From contig JBAUJO010000165.1 in NCBI GenBank assembly GCA_049683875.1, positions 28 to 64,027 on the forward strand: a stretch of DNA of 64,000 nt, in the 5' to 3' direction. Positions within the stretch are counted from its first letter, which is position 1. Each line of letters starts with the position of its first letter. Shown piece by piece: positions 46,168 through 55,400 of the stretch. The translations under genes and the position numbers were made by a program. The stretch comes from Ornithinimicrobium sp. (lineage in GTDB: Bacteria > Actinomycetota > Actinomycetes > Actinomycetales > Dermatophilaceae). The notes under the pieces are model-generated. The model was given only the letters and a program-made list of their open reading frames with translations, made no database searches and had not been told where the DNA came from.

Positions 46168-47004
46168 TCAGGCCACGGTGGGCCTGGCCCCCGGGTGGGT
46201 CGAGGCGGCGTTGCCGACCAGCGGCACGACCAATGGCGTGCCGCTCTCGGGATCGGGGATGACGCGAGCCCGCACCCCGAAGACCTGTCCCACGGTCTCG
46301 GTGGTCACGATCTCGCTGGGCAGGCCCTGGGTGTGGATCACTCCGTCCCGCATCGCCACGAGATGGCTGGCGTAACGGGCTGCCTGGTTGATGTCGTGCA
46401 GCACCGCGACGAGGGTTCGCCCACTGCGGTGCAGCTGGGCACACAGCTCGAGCAGCTCGAGCTGATGGGCCATGTCGAGAAAGGTCGCCGGCTCGTCGAG
46501 GAGCACGACCGGGGTCTGCTGCGCGAGCACCATCGCGATCCAGACGCGCTGACGTTGGCCGCCGGAGAGCTCGTCGACGCGGCGCGACGCGAACTCCTCG
46601 GTCGACGTGGCCTCGAGCGCGTCCCGGACGGCTCGTTCGTCCTCGGTCGACCATGGCCTGAACAGGCTCTGGTGGGGGTAGCGGCCGCGGCTGACGAGGT
46701 CGACCACCGTGATGCCTTCGGGGGCGATGGCTGACTGGGGCAGCAGACCGACGGTTCGGGCGAACGCGCGGGAGGGATGGCTCCGGATGTCGGCTCCGTC
46801 GAGGGTGATCCGCCCGGACACCGGGGGGAGCAGTCGAGCCATCGCCTTCAACAACGTGGACTTCCCGCACCCGTTGGGGCCGACGATGACCGTGAACGAA
46901 CGCGGAGGAATCTCGAGGTTGAGGTCGGTGATGACCGGATGGCCGTCGTAGCCGATGGTGGCACCGTGGACGGCCAGCCGGGGTGCGGGGGGCGGAGGCG
47001 TCAC
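46168..47004 (-). CDS. iron-siderophore ABC transporter ATP-binding protein (FepC/FecE-like)
   Basis: In frame with ORF 46168..47826. Blocks are GPNGCGKSTLLKAM, LSGGQRQRVWIA and VVLLDEPATFLD. GTG 47004 gives a GTGA overlap with the permease stop. An alternative ATG lies at 47037. Confidence 0.9.
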   Translation of the reverse strand: MTPPPPAPRLAVHGATIGYDGHPVITDLNLEIPPRSFTVIVGPNGCGKSTLLKAMARLLPPVSGRITLDGADIRSHPSRAFARTVGLLPQSAIAPEGITVVDLVSRGRYPHQSLFRPWSTEDERAVRDALEATSTEEFASRRVDELSGGQRQRVWIAMVLAQQTPVVLLDEPATFLDMAHQLELLELCAQLHRSGRTLVAVLHDINQAARYASHLVAMRDGVIHTQGLPSEIVTTETVGQVFGVRARVIPDPESGTPLVVPLVGNAASTHPGARPTVA

Positions 47005-48056
47005 GCGATGTCCTTCTGCCGACGGCTCATCAGCCATACGAGGTAGGTCCCTCCGAGGCACGCGGTGACGACGCCGACCGGATACTGGTTCGGCGCGATG
47101 ATCCGCTGGGCGATGAGGTCGCTCGTCAACAGCAGGCCGGCTCCGGTGAGGGCCGAGGTCAGCAGAGCGGGACCGCTGGCGTGGACCATGCGCTTGGCGA
47201 TCTGTGGCGCTGCCAGGGCGATGAAGGTGATCGGTCCGGCGACAGCGGTCGTGACCGAGACGAGACCGACTCCGAGCACGATCAGCGTCACGCGGGTCCG
47301 TTCGGCGTTCACGCCGAGGGCTCGAGCGAAGTCGTCGCCGAGCTCCAACATGCGCATCCGGCGGCACAACAGCACACAGCCGGGAGCGAGCAGAGCCAGA
47401 GAACCGGCGACCAGCGACGCGTCCATCCAACGCGCCCCGTTCAGCGAGCCCGCGCCCCATATCGCCGCGGTGACCGCCTCTTCCAGCTGAGCCGTCACCA
47501 GCAGGTAGGAGTTGAGGGCGGCCAGCACCGCGCTCACGGCGATCCCGACGACGATGAGACGAAAGCCCTGCACGCCGCGCCGGAAGGCCAAGGCGTAGAC
47601 GAGGACCGCCGTGACCAGACCACCGAGGAAGGCTCCCGCCGCGACCGACAGCCCGGCGCCGCCGAGCACCAAGGTGACCAGGAGCGAGCCGGTGTAGGCG
47701 CCGGCGCTGAAGCCGATGATGTCGGGGCTCCCCAGCGGGTTGCGGGTCATCGACTGGAAGATCGCGCCGCTCAGCGCCAGACAGGCGCCTCCCAGGACGG
47801 CCAGCAGCGTGCGCGGCAGACGCCACTGGGTGACGATGCGCACCGTCCCCGGCTCGCCGTCACCGACCAGGGCCGAGGCAACGGTGCGCGCCGGGATGTC
47901 CGAGTCACCGACGGTCAACGAGGCGGCGCAGAGCAACAGCAGCGCCAGGAGCAACAGCGGGACAAGCGTCGCGGCCCGGAGGTCGAGCAGCACCCTCCTG
48001 CCGCCGGGGCCGTCGAGGACCCGGATCCGTGGGGGCCATAGGGCGCTGGTCGTCAC
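47001..48056 (-). CDS. FecCD-family iron-siderophore ABC permease
   Basis: In frame with ORF 47001..48314. GTG 48056 gives a GTGA overlap with the upstream permease stop. Blocks are RLPRTLLAVLGGACLALSGAIFQSMTRNPLGSPDIIG. Confidence 0.85.
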   Translation of the reverse strand: MTTSALWPPRIRVLDGPGGRRVLLDLRAATLVPLLLLALLLLCAASLTVGDSDIPARTVASALVGDGEPGTVRIVTQWRLPRTLLAVLGGACLALSGAIFQSMTRNPLGSPDIIGFSAGAYTGSLLVTLVLGGAGLSVAAGAFLGGLVTAVLVYALAFRRGVQGFRLIVVGIAVSAVLAALNSYLLVTAQLEEAVTAAIWGAGSLNGARWMDASLVAGSLALLAPGCVLLCRRMRMLELGDDFARALGVNAERTRVTLIVLGVGLVSVTTAVAGPITFIALAAPQIAKRMVHASGPALLTSALTGAGLLLTSDLIAQRIIAPNQYPVGVVTACLGGTYLVWLMSRRQKDIA

Positions 48057-49132
48057 AGCGACCTCAAGGTGCTGCGCCGCACGAGCACGACCAGGATCGG
48101 CGCCCCGACGAAGGCGGTCACCACTCCGGCTGGAAGCTCGCTGGGCACGATCACGCGGCCGAGCACGTCCGCCAGAAGAAGGAGCGATGGGCCGGCGACC
48201 GCGCAGAACGGGACGATCACGCGGTGGTCGACACCGAGGAGGAACCGAGCGATGAAGGGCACGGCCAGGCCCAGGAAGGAGACCGGCCCGACCGCCGCCG
48301 TCGCTGCGCCACACAGGACGGTGACGCTCACGAAGCCGACCACACGCACCAGCAGTACGTGGGTACCCAGCGAACGGGCGACCTCCTCCCCCATGGTCAG
48401 CGCGTTGAGCGAGCGGGTCGAAAGGAACACCGCCACGCTGGCGAGGGCGATGACGAACCAGACCGAGGCCACCGTGTCCATCTGGCGTCCTTGGAGTGAG
48501 CCGACCGACCAGAACCGGATCCGGTCGAAGACCTCGGGGTCAGCCAGGACGATCGCCTGGCCCAATCCCGACAGCACCGCGCCGATGGCCACCCCGGCCA
48601 GGACGAGCTTGACCGGGGTGCCGGCGGTGACACCGGTCGAGGCCACCGCGTAGACCGCCGCCGCACTCGCGGCGGCCCCGGCGATTCCCCAGGCGATCTG
48701 GCCGCCGCTGACTGTGGCACCGAAGAAGGCCGTGCCGACGACGATCGAGAGGTAGGCGCCAGCGTTCACACCGAGCAGCCCCGGGTCGGCGAGCGGGTTG
48801 CGAGTCAGGGCCTGCATGACCACGCCGGCCAGAGCCAGACCCATGCCGGCGAGCACCCCCAGGAGCGTGCGGGGGACCCGGAAGTCGCGCACCAGCAGCT
48901 CCTGGGTGCCCGAGGCCTCACCCGTCAGCGCCCGAATCACGGCAGCCGGGCCGATATCTCCGGAACCGACGAACAGACTCAGCAGGCACGACGCGCACAA
49001 CACTGCCAGCGAGGTGCCCAACGCGAGACGTGATCGAGGTGACATGGGGCGACGTGAGCTCGAGCCGTCGACGTCGCCTCGGGGCTCGGGCTCGCGTTGG
49101 TCGACGGTGGCGATGTTCACCGGCCGCGGCAT
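48053..49132 (-). CDS. FecCD-family iron-siderophore ABC permease
   Basis: In frame with ORF 48053..49201. Blocks are RVPRTLLGVLAGMGLALAGVVMQALTRNPLADPGLLGV. Start is ATG 49132 (alternative 49045). The TTG 49201 extension would run through the IdeR box. Confidence 0.85.
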   Translation of the reverse strand: MPRPVNIATVDQREPEPRGDVDGSSSRRPMSPRSRLALGTSLAVLCASCLLSLFVGSGDIGPAAVIRALTGEASGTQELLVRDFRVPRTLLGVLAGMGLALAGVVMQALTRNPLADPGLLGVNAGAYLSIVVGTAFFGATVSGGQIAWGIAGAAASAAAVYAVASTGVTAGTPVKLVLAGVAIGAVLSGLGQAIVLADPEVFDRIRFWSVGSLQGRQMDTVASVWFVIALASVAVFLSTRSLNALTMGEEVARSLGTHVLLVRVVGFVSVTVLCGAATAAVGPVSFLGLAVPFIARFLLGVDHRVIVPFCAVAGPSLLLLADVLGRVIVPSELPAGVVTAFVGAPILVVLVRRSTLRSL

Positions 49133-49163
49133 GGGGCTCCTGACGTGGTGTCTCGTTGCAAGA

Positions 49164-49182
49164 TTAGGTAAGCCTAACCTTG
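49164..49182. promoter_or_regulatory. IdeR/DtxR-type iron box TTAGGTAAGCCTAACCTTG
   Basis: It matches 15 of 19 positions of the consensus TTAGGTTAGGCTAACCTAA. It lies 32 nt upstream of the first permease ATG (49132). Confidence 0.6.
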
Positions 49183-49270
49183 CTTCCACCCATTTACGCA
49201 AACTCGGCGTGACCTAATAAGCCTGTCGCAGGTGAACCACGGCGCCGCTCGGCGAAGACGGGTCCGCGTG

Positions 49271-49735
49271 CTACCCCTCGACGATCGTCAGGGAACCTTC
49301 CTCGGGGGTCGGCCGCTCGAAGTCGTCGAAGTGCCGAGCGGCAGCCTCCGGGGTCAGCACCACGGAGTCGGCGTGCTCACCCCTTCGCGCTCGCATCCGC
49401 GCCAGGACGGTCTCCCGGTCGGTGGCGAAGAACACGGTCTCGGGGAGGATGCCGACCGGGAGCAACAGCCTTCGGTAGTCCTCTCGGACGGCACGGGTCG
49501 AGAAGGACAGGTCCACGACGACATCCCGGCCGGCACCGACCAGGGCCAGAAGTCGGGCGCGCAGGGCCCGGTCGACCTCCTGCAGCTCGTGCTGTGGCGC
49601 AGCCGAGGCCGACACCCCGCGGTGCCAGGCTTCGACGTCGAAGGACAGCCGCACCATGCCCCGCTGTTCCAGGCCGCGTGCATAGGTCGTCTTGCCGGAC
49701 CCCGAGGGTCCACACAGGAAGAGGACTCTGCTCAC
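49271..49735 (-). CDS. AAA_33-type P-loop kinase-like ATP-binding protein
   Basis: ORF 49271..49735 (154 aa, GTG start). The N-terminus is [33 protein letters not shown]. Substrate is not inferable. Confidence 0.6.
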   Translation of the reverse strand: MSRVLFLCGPSGSGKTTYARGLEQRGMVRLSFDVEAWHRGVSASAAPQHELQEVDRALRARLLALVGAGRDVVVDLSFSTRAVREDYRRLLLPVGILPETVFFATDRETVLARMRARRGEHADSVVLTPEAAARHFDDFERPTPEEGSLTIVEG

Positions 49736-49771
49736 ACTGGCTCCTTCTCGACGTCGGCGCGAGGCGCCGTT

Positions 49772-49788
49772 GTGCGCTCACGGCGAAC
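49772..49788. promoter_or_regulatory. ClgR-type operator GTGCGC-TCACG-GCGAAC upstream of clpP1P2
   Basis: This is an inverted repeat matching GTTCGC-N5-GCGAAC and the CGC-N5-GCG core of the actinobacterial ClgR box. It lies about 107 nt upstream of the clpP1 ATG. Confidence 0.5.
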
Positions 49789-49894
49789 ACGGCATCCCCG
49801 CGGGAGTTGGGGCACAGCCTTCGACGTTAGTGTCATTGACGAACGGCGAGCCATGCTGGCTCCGTCACCACCGACAGACACCACAGGAGCAACG

Positions 49895-50545
49895 ATGAGC
49901 AACTCCGAGATCGTCGCCGCCGGGGATCGCCCGGTTGCAGGTCTGGACGACCAGATCTACAACCGGCTCCTGAAGGAGCGGATCATCTTCCTCGGCTCGG
50001 ACGTTCGCGACGACAACGCCAACGCGATCTGCGCGCAGCTGCTGCTCCTCGCGGCCGAGGACCCGGAGACGGACATCTGGCTGTACATCAACTCACCCGG
50101 TGGGTCCGTGACCGCCGGGATGGCGATCTTCGACACCATGCAGTGGGTGCCCAACGACGTGGCCACGGTGGCCATGGGGCTGGCGGCCTCGATGGGCCAG
50201 TTCCTGCTGTCCGCCGGGCAGAAGGGCAAGCGCTACGCCACGCCGCACTCCCGCGTGATGATGCACCAGCCCTCCGGTGGCATCGGTGGTACGGCCAGCG
50301 ACATCAAGATCCAGGCCGAGCAGATGCTTCACATCAAGAAGCAGATGGCCGGCCTCATCGCCGAGCACACCGGCCAGACGCCCGAGCAGATCGAGCTCGA
50401 CTCCGACCGAGACCGCTGGTTCACCGCGGCCGAGGCGCAGGAGTACGGCTTCGTCGACCACGTCTACGAGCACTCCAGCGCCACCGGGGCCGACGTTCCC
50501 GGTGACGGCGCTGACGACACGTCCAGCGACGCCGAATCCTCCTGA
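49895..50545 (+). CDS. clpP1: ATP-dependent Clp protease proteolytic subunit 1
   Basis: In frame with ORF 49232..50545. ATG 49895 follows the RBS AGGAGC. Blocks are [45 protein letters not shown] and MMHQPSGG. It has an acidic C-terminal tail. Confidence 0.95.
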   Translation: MSNSEIVAAGDRPVAGLDDQIYNRLLKERIIFLGSDVRDDNANAICAQLLLLAAEDPETDIWLYINSPGGSVTAGMAIFDTMQWVPNDVATVAMGLAASMGQFLLSAGQKGKRYATPHSRVMMHQPSGGIGGTASDIKIQAEQMLHIKKQMAGLIAEHTGQTPEQIELDSDRDRWFTAAEAQEYGFVDHVYEHSSATGADVPGDGADDTSSDAESS

Positions 50546-50573
50546 CCCGCCGACCAGACGAGAGAGACCGATC

Positions 50574-51242
50574 ATGAACCAGCCCATGTTTCCGTATTCC
50601 GGCGGTCCGGCAGCCACCCCGCTCGGCGGCTCCAGCCGCTACATCCTGCCCCAGTACGAGGAGCGCACGTCCTACGGGATGAAGCGCCAGGATCCCTACA
50701 CCAAGCTGTTCGAGGACCGCATCATCTTCCTGGGTGTGCAGGTCGACGACGCGTCCGCGGACGACATCATCGCGCAGCTCATCGTCCTGGAGAGTCAGGA
50801 CCCGGACCGCGACATCCTGATGTACATCAACTCCCCGGGCGGATCGTTCACCGCGCTCACCGCGATCTACGACACGATGATGTACATCCGCCCCGACGTG
50901 CAGACCTTCGTCGTCGGGCAGGCGGCCTCGGCTGCGGCGGTGATCCTGGCCGCTGGAGCGCGCGGGAAGCGTTTCGCGCTGCCGAACGCTCGGGTGCTGA
51001 TTCACCAGCCTGCCCTGGCCGGTGGCGACTACGGGCAGGCCTCCGACATCGAGATCCAGGCCAACGAGGTGTTGCGGATGCGCACCTGGCTCGAGGAGAC
51101 GTGGGCCAAGCACTCGAACAAGAGCGTGGACGAGGTCCGCAAGGACATCGAGCGCGACAAGATCCTCATCGCGGCCGAGGCCAAAGAGTACGGCTTGGTC
51201 GATGAGGTGCTCGACAGCCGCAAGGCTTCGCTGCAGGAGTAG
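50574..51242 (+). CDS. clpP2: ATP-dependent Clp protease proteolytic subunit 2
   Basis: In frame with ORF 50277..51242, starting at ATG 50574. Blocks are [45 protein letters not shown] and LIHQPALAG. Confidence 0.95.
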   Translation: MNQPMFPYSGGPAATPLGGSSRYILPQYEERTSYGMKRQDPYTKLFEDRIIFLGVQVDDASADDIIAQLIVLESQDPDRDILMYINSPGGSFTALTAIYDTMMYIRPDVQTFVVGQAASAAAVILAAGARGKRFALPNARVLIHQPALAGGDYGQASDIEIQANEVLRMRTWLEETWAKHSNKSVDEVRKDIERDKILIAAEAKEYGLVDEVLDSRKASLQE

Positions 51243-51255
51243 TCGGGCAAGGCCC

Positions 51256-51891
51256 ATGACTACCGAGCGGGACATCGTGTCGCGCCTGCTGGCTCGGCAC
51301 GGCGTGACCTTCGCCGAAGAGGCGGGCATCCGCCTGCGTGACAAGCCCTCGCCGTTGTACCGCCTCCTCGTGCTGTCGACACTGCTGTCCGCGCGCATCA
51401 AGGCCGGTCTCGCGGTCGCAGCCGCCCGTGAGCTCTCCGCAGCCGGATACCGGACCCCGCAAGCGATGTGCGGGGCGACCTGGCAGGAGCGCGTCGACGC
51501 CCTGGGCCGCGGGGGCTACCGCCGGTACGACGAGCGCACGGCAAGCCAGCTCGGCGACGGCGCGCAGCTGCTCATGGAGCACTATCGCGGCGATCTGCGG
51601 CGGCTGCGCGAGACCCGTCACCCGAGCACGACGCACGACCGCCTGCAGGACTTCCCCGGCATCGGGCCGACCGGCGCCACCATCTTCTCTCGCGAGGTGC
51701 AGGGCATCTGGCGTGAGCTGGCCCCGAGTCTGGACGCCAAGGTGCTCGCGGGGGCCGAGCGCCTGGGGCTGCCGTCGTCGGCGGATGCCCTCACGGCCCT
51801 GGTCTCGCCCGATGAGCTCCCGCGACTGGCCGCGGGGTGTGTGCGGGCGAACCAGCAGGACGTGGCCGCAGACATCCTGGGCGAAGCCTGA
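51256..51891 (+). CDS. HhH-GPD-superfamily (endonuclease III-like) protein
   Basis: In frame with ORF 51022..51891, starting at ATG 51256. It has a helix-hairpin-helix element, LQDFPGIGPTGATIFSREV. No catalytic residues could be assigned by eye. Confidence 0.5.
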   Translation: MTTERDIVSRLLARHGVTFAEEAGIRLRDKPSPLYRLLVLSTLLSARIKAGLAVAAARELSAAGYRTPQAMCGATWQERVDALGRGGYRRYDERTASQLGDGAQLLMEHYRGDLRRLRETRHPSTTHDRLQDFPGIGPTGATIFSREVQGIWRELAPSLDAKVLAGAERLGLPSSADALTALVSPDELPRLAAGCVRANQQDVAADILGEA

Positions 51892-51896
51892 CTGAC

Positions 51897-52430
51897 TCAG
51901 CGCGAGGGCCGGCCTTCCACGTAGGGCCAGACCGTCGAGCCGTCCTGCAGGGCCCCCTTGGCGATGACCCCCAGGGAGCCGTCCTGTTGCATGACGACCG
52001 CCTGCAGATCTTCCAGCGAGCCGTGGCCGGACTCGCGCGCCGCCGTGTGCACATCGCTGAGGGTGAGCCGGTGCTTGCGCAGGGTCGACTCGACCAGCGC
52101 TCCGTCGTACCAGAGCAACACCGGGGGGGAGTCGACGGTGCGGCGCACCCATTCCCAGCGGGCGCGGCCACTGGCGATCAGCCACTGCAGCCCGATGAGC
52201 AGCGCCAAAGCGACCACAGCCTGTGCCAAAGGCACGTCGACCGCCGTGATGGTGCGTCCGAACGCCGACCCCAGCGTGACGGCGACCACGAAGTCGAGCG
52301 GGGTCATGTTGGCCATCGTCCGGGCGCCGGTGATCCGTAGCAGCATCACCAGCGCCACGTATCCGGCGGTGCCGAGCACCAGGGTGTGCACGATGGGCGA
52401 CCATCCGGTCCACAGCAGTTGCATCTCCAT
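51897..52430 (-). CDS. DUF421 (YetF-like) membrane protein
   Basis: ORF 51897..52430 (177 aa). It has N-terminal TM helices, the block MTPLDFVVAVTLGSAFG, and a soluble C-terminal domain. Confidence 0.7.
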   Translation of the reverse strand: MEMQLLWTGWSPIVHTLVLGTAGYVALVMLLRITGARTMANMTPLDFVVAVTLGSAFGRTITAVDVPLAQAVVALALLIGLQWLIASGRARWEWVRRTVDSPPVLLWYDGALVESTLRKHRLTLSDVHTAARESGHGSLEDLQAVVMQQDGSLGVIAKGALQDGSTVWPYVEGRPSR

Positions 52431-52440
52431 CGGGGGGAGG

Positions 52441-53283
52441 CTACATGCGCGACGTGCCGTAGGCCGCGGCGAAGGCTCCCGGCGTGTAGCCCGTCACCCT
52501 GCGGAAGTCCCGCGTGAAGTGGGCCTGATCGGTGTAGCCCAGCTCGACCGCGAGCTCGGCCAGGCTGGTCCCGCCGTGCTTGAGCCGGTCGGTGGCCTCG
52601 TGCAGCCGCCGCCGCTGGATCAGCCACTTCGGGGTCAAACCGAGGTAGCGCCGCAGGACCCGTTGCAGGTGGCGCTCAGACCTCTGCGCGCGCTCGCAGA
52701 GATCGGCGACGGTGCGCAGCTCGGGGTCCGACTCCACCATGGACACCCAGCGAGTGACCTCGTGACCCTCGACGGACACGCACGGCAGCGCGTCGAGCCG
52801 ATCCTCGAGCACGGCGATCGCCCCGTCATGCGATGCCGCCGAGGCGGGCGCGGACGCCATAGCCGCACGCACGCCCGCGACGGCATCCGCCATCGAGTGG
52901 ACCTCGGCCAGGTCGCAGTGCGTCCCGGCCAGGTCGCTGAGGTCCGAGCGCCCACACACCGCCATTCCCGCACCCGCCTGGAGCATGATGCCGACCGCCC
53001 AACCGCGCCCGGCGAGCTCGACCTGGGACCGGCCGGGCACGACGCCGTAGAAGCGGGCGTAGGTGTTCGAGATCACGACCAGACACGAGGGGTACTGCAG
53101 CACGTGCTCGGTCACGTCTCGGTCAGGGGGCAGGTCCCACACGGGGACCCAGTAGTGGCTCACCACCGACGTATGCCGCGCGGCCGGCGCGAAGCGATGC
53201 ACCGGGGGAGCCAGTGGTGCGTGCTGGGTCATCCGGGCGCGGTCCATCGGGTGCCCAGCAGGGGGTGGAGCCACCGACGACAT
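52441..53283 (-). CDS. AraC-family transcriptional regulator
   Basis: ORF 52441..53349, trimmed to ATG 53283. The C-terminal double HTH reads LCERAQRSERHLQRVLRRYLGLTPKWLIQRRRLHEATDRL...LAVELGYTDQAHFTRDFRRVTGYTPGAF. Confidence 0.85.
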   Translation of the reverse strand: MSSVAPPPAGHPMDRARMTQHAPLAPPVHRFAPAARHTSVVSHYWVPVWDLPPDRDVTEHVLQYPSCLVVISNTYARFYGVVPGRSQVELAGRGWAVGIMLQAGAGMAVCGRSDLSDLAGTHCDLAEVHSMADAVAGVRAAMASAPASAASHDGAIAVLEDRLDALPCVSVEGHEVTRWVSMVESDPELRTVADLCERAQRSERHLQRVLRRYLGLTPKWLIQRRRLHEATDRLKHGGTSLAELAVELGYTDQAHFTRDFRRVTGYTPGAFAAAYGTSRM

Positions 53284-53369
53284 ACGTCGGATTATGACAA
53301 TCACCGGCGCAGGCCGCCGGGCTAGCGTCGCGACACCAGCCCGCACCACCTGAGCTCAAGGAGCAGAGC

Positions 53370-53948
53370 ATGCCCAGTGACGCCGAACACCACACCGCGC
53401 CGGCCCCGGACTACCGCGCCCGCGCCGCCGCGATCCAGACCCTTGTCACCGGTGCCTCCAGTCAGGAGTGGTCGGCTCCGTCGCCGTGTGAGGAGTGGGA
53501 CGCCGGCGACGTGCTGCGGCACATGGTGCATACCCAGTGCGACTTCCTCAGCGGCCACGATCTGGACCCTGGGTCACCGCCCGGCAGCGCCGAGCCGGAG
53601 GTGCTCTGGCGCGAGCACACCGCGCACGTTGCGAGCCTGCTCGACGAACCGCGGACCAGCGACCGGGAGTACGACGGATTCTTCGGGCGCACCACGATCG
53701 GGGAGACGATGGCCCAGTTCTACGGCTGGGACATGCTGGTGCACCGCTGGGACATCGGCATAGCGATGAGCCGCGACCCGGGGCTCAGCGACGTCGAGCT
53801 GGACGAGATCGAGCGCGCCCTGCCGCTGTTCGGTGAGGCCCTCTACAGCCCCGGGATCTGTGCTCCTGCGGTGGAAGTCGGTCCCTTGGCGTCTCGGACC
53901 CAGCGAGTCATGGCCCGGTTGGGTCGCGAGCCGGGCGCCGCTGAGTGA
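53370..53948 (+). CDS. DinB/mycothiol-dependent maleylpyruvate-isomerase-N-terminal-type (TIGR03086-like) protein
   Basis: ORF 53370..53948 (192 aa). Blocks are SPCEEWDAGDVLRHMV and FYGWDMLVHRWDIGIAM. It is divergent from the AraC gene. Confidence 0.6.
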   Translation: MPSDAEHHTAPAPDYRARAAAIQTLVTGASSQEWSAPSPCEEWDAGDVLRHMVHTQCDFLSGHDLDPGSPPGSAEPEVLWREHTAHVASLLDEPRTSDREYDGFFGRTTIGETMAQFYGWDMLVHRWDIGIAMSRDPGLSDVELDEIERALPLFGEALYSPGICAPAVEVGPLASRTQRVMARLGREPGAAE

Positions 53949-53962
53949 GGTTGACCTGACGA

Positions 53963-53977
53963 TGCGCTCAGAGCGCA
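53963..53977. promoter_or_regulatory. perfect 7-1-7 palindrome TGCGCTC-A-GAGCGCA upstream of clpX
   Basis: Read directly. It shares the 13-mer TGCGCTCANNGCG with the clpP1 ClgR-type box. It lies 120 nt upstream of the clpX GTG (54097). Confidence 0.4.
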
Positions 53978-54096
53978 GATGAACCCCGAACACGCCCGGA
54001 CGCGCGCCAATAGGCTGTCGTCACCGAGGCCGCCGGGGTAGCGTCAGGCCCAGGCGCCCGACCGCCGGGGGCCGCAGACAACCGAGAGGATGCGGC

Positions 54097-55377
<1,281 letters not shown>

Positions 55378-55379
55378 GG

Positions 55380-55400
55380 CTCTGCCCGTGCGGGCTAGAG
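55380..55400. terminator. hairpin between convergent clpX and valS (possible bidirectional terminator)
   Basis: CTCTGCCC-GTGC-GGGC(T)AGAG forms 8 bp with one bulge. There is no U-tract on either strand. It overlaps the valS stop codon. Confidence 0.3.

Noticed and set aside
49271-49735. The AAA_33 P-loop protein as a zeta-toxin-like kinase of a toxin-antitoxin pair.
   Set aside because: There is no small partner ORF up- or downstream. The size and motif fit many small-molecule kinases equally well.
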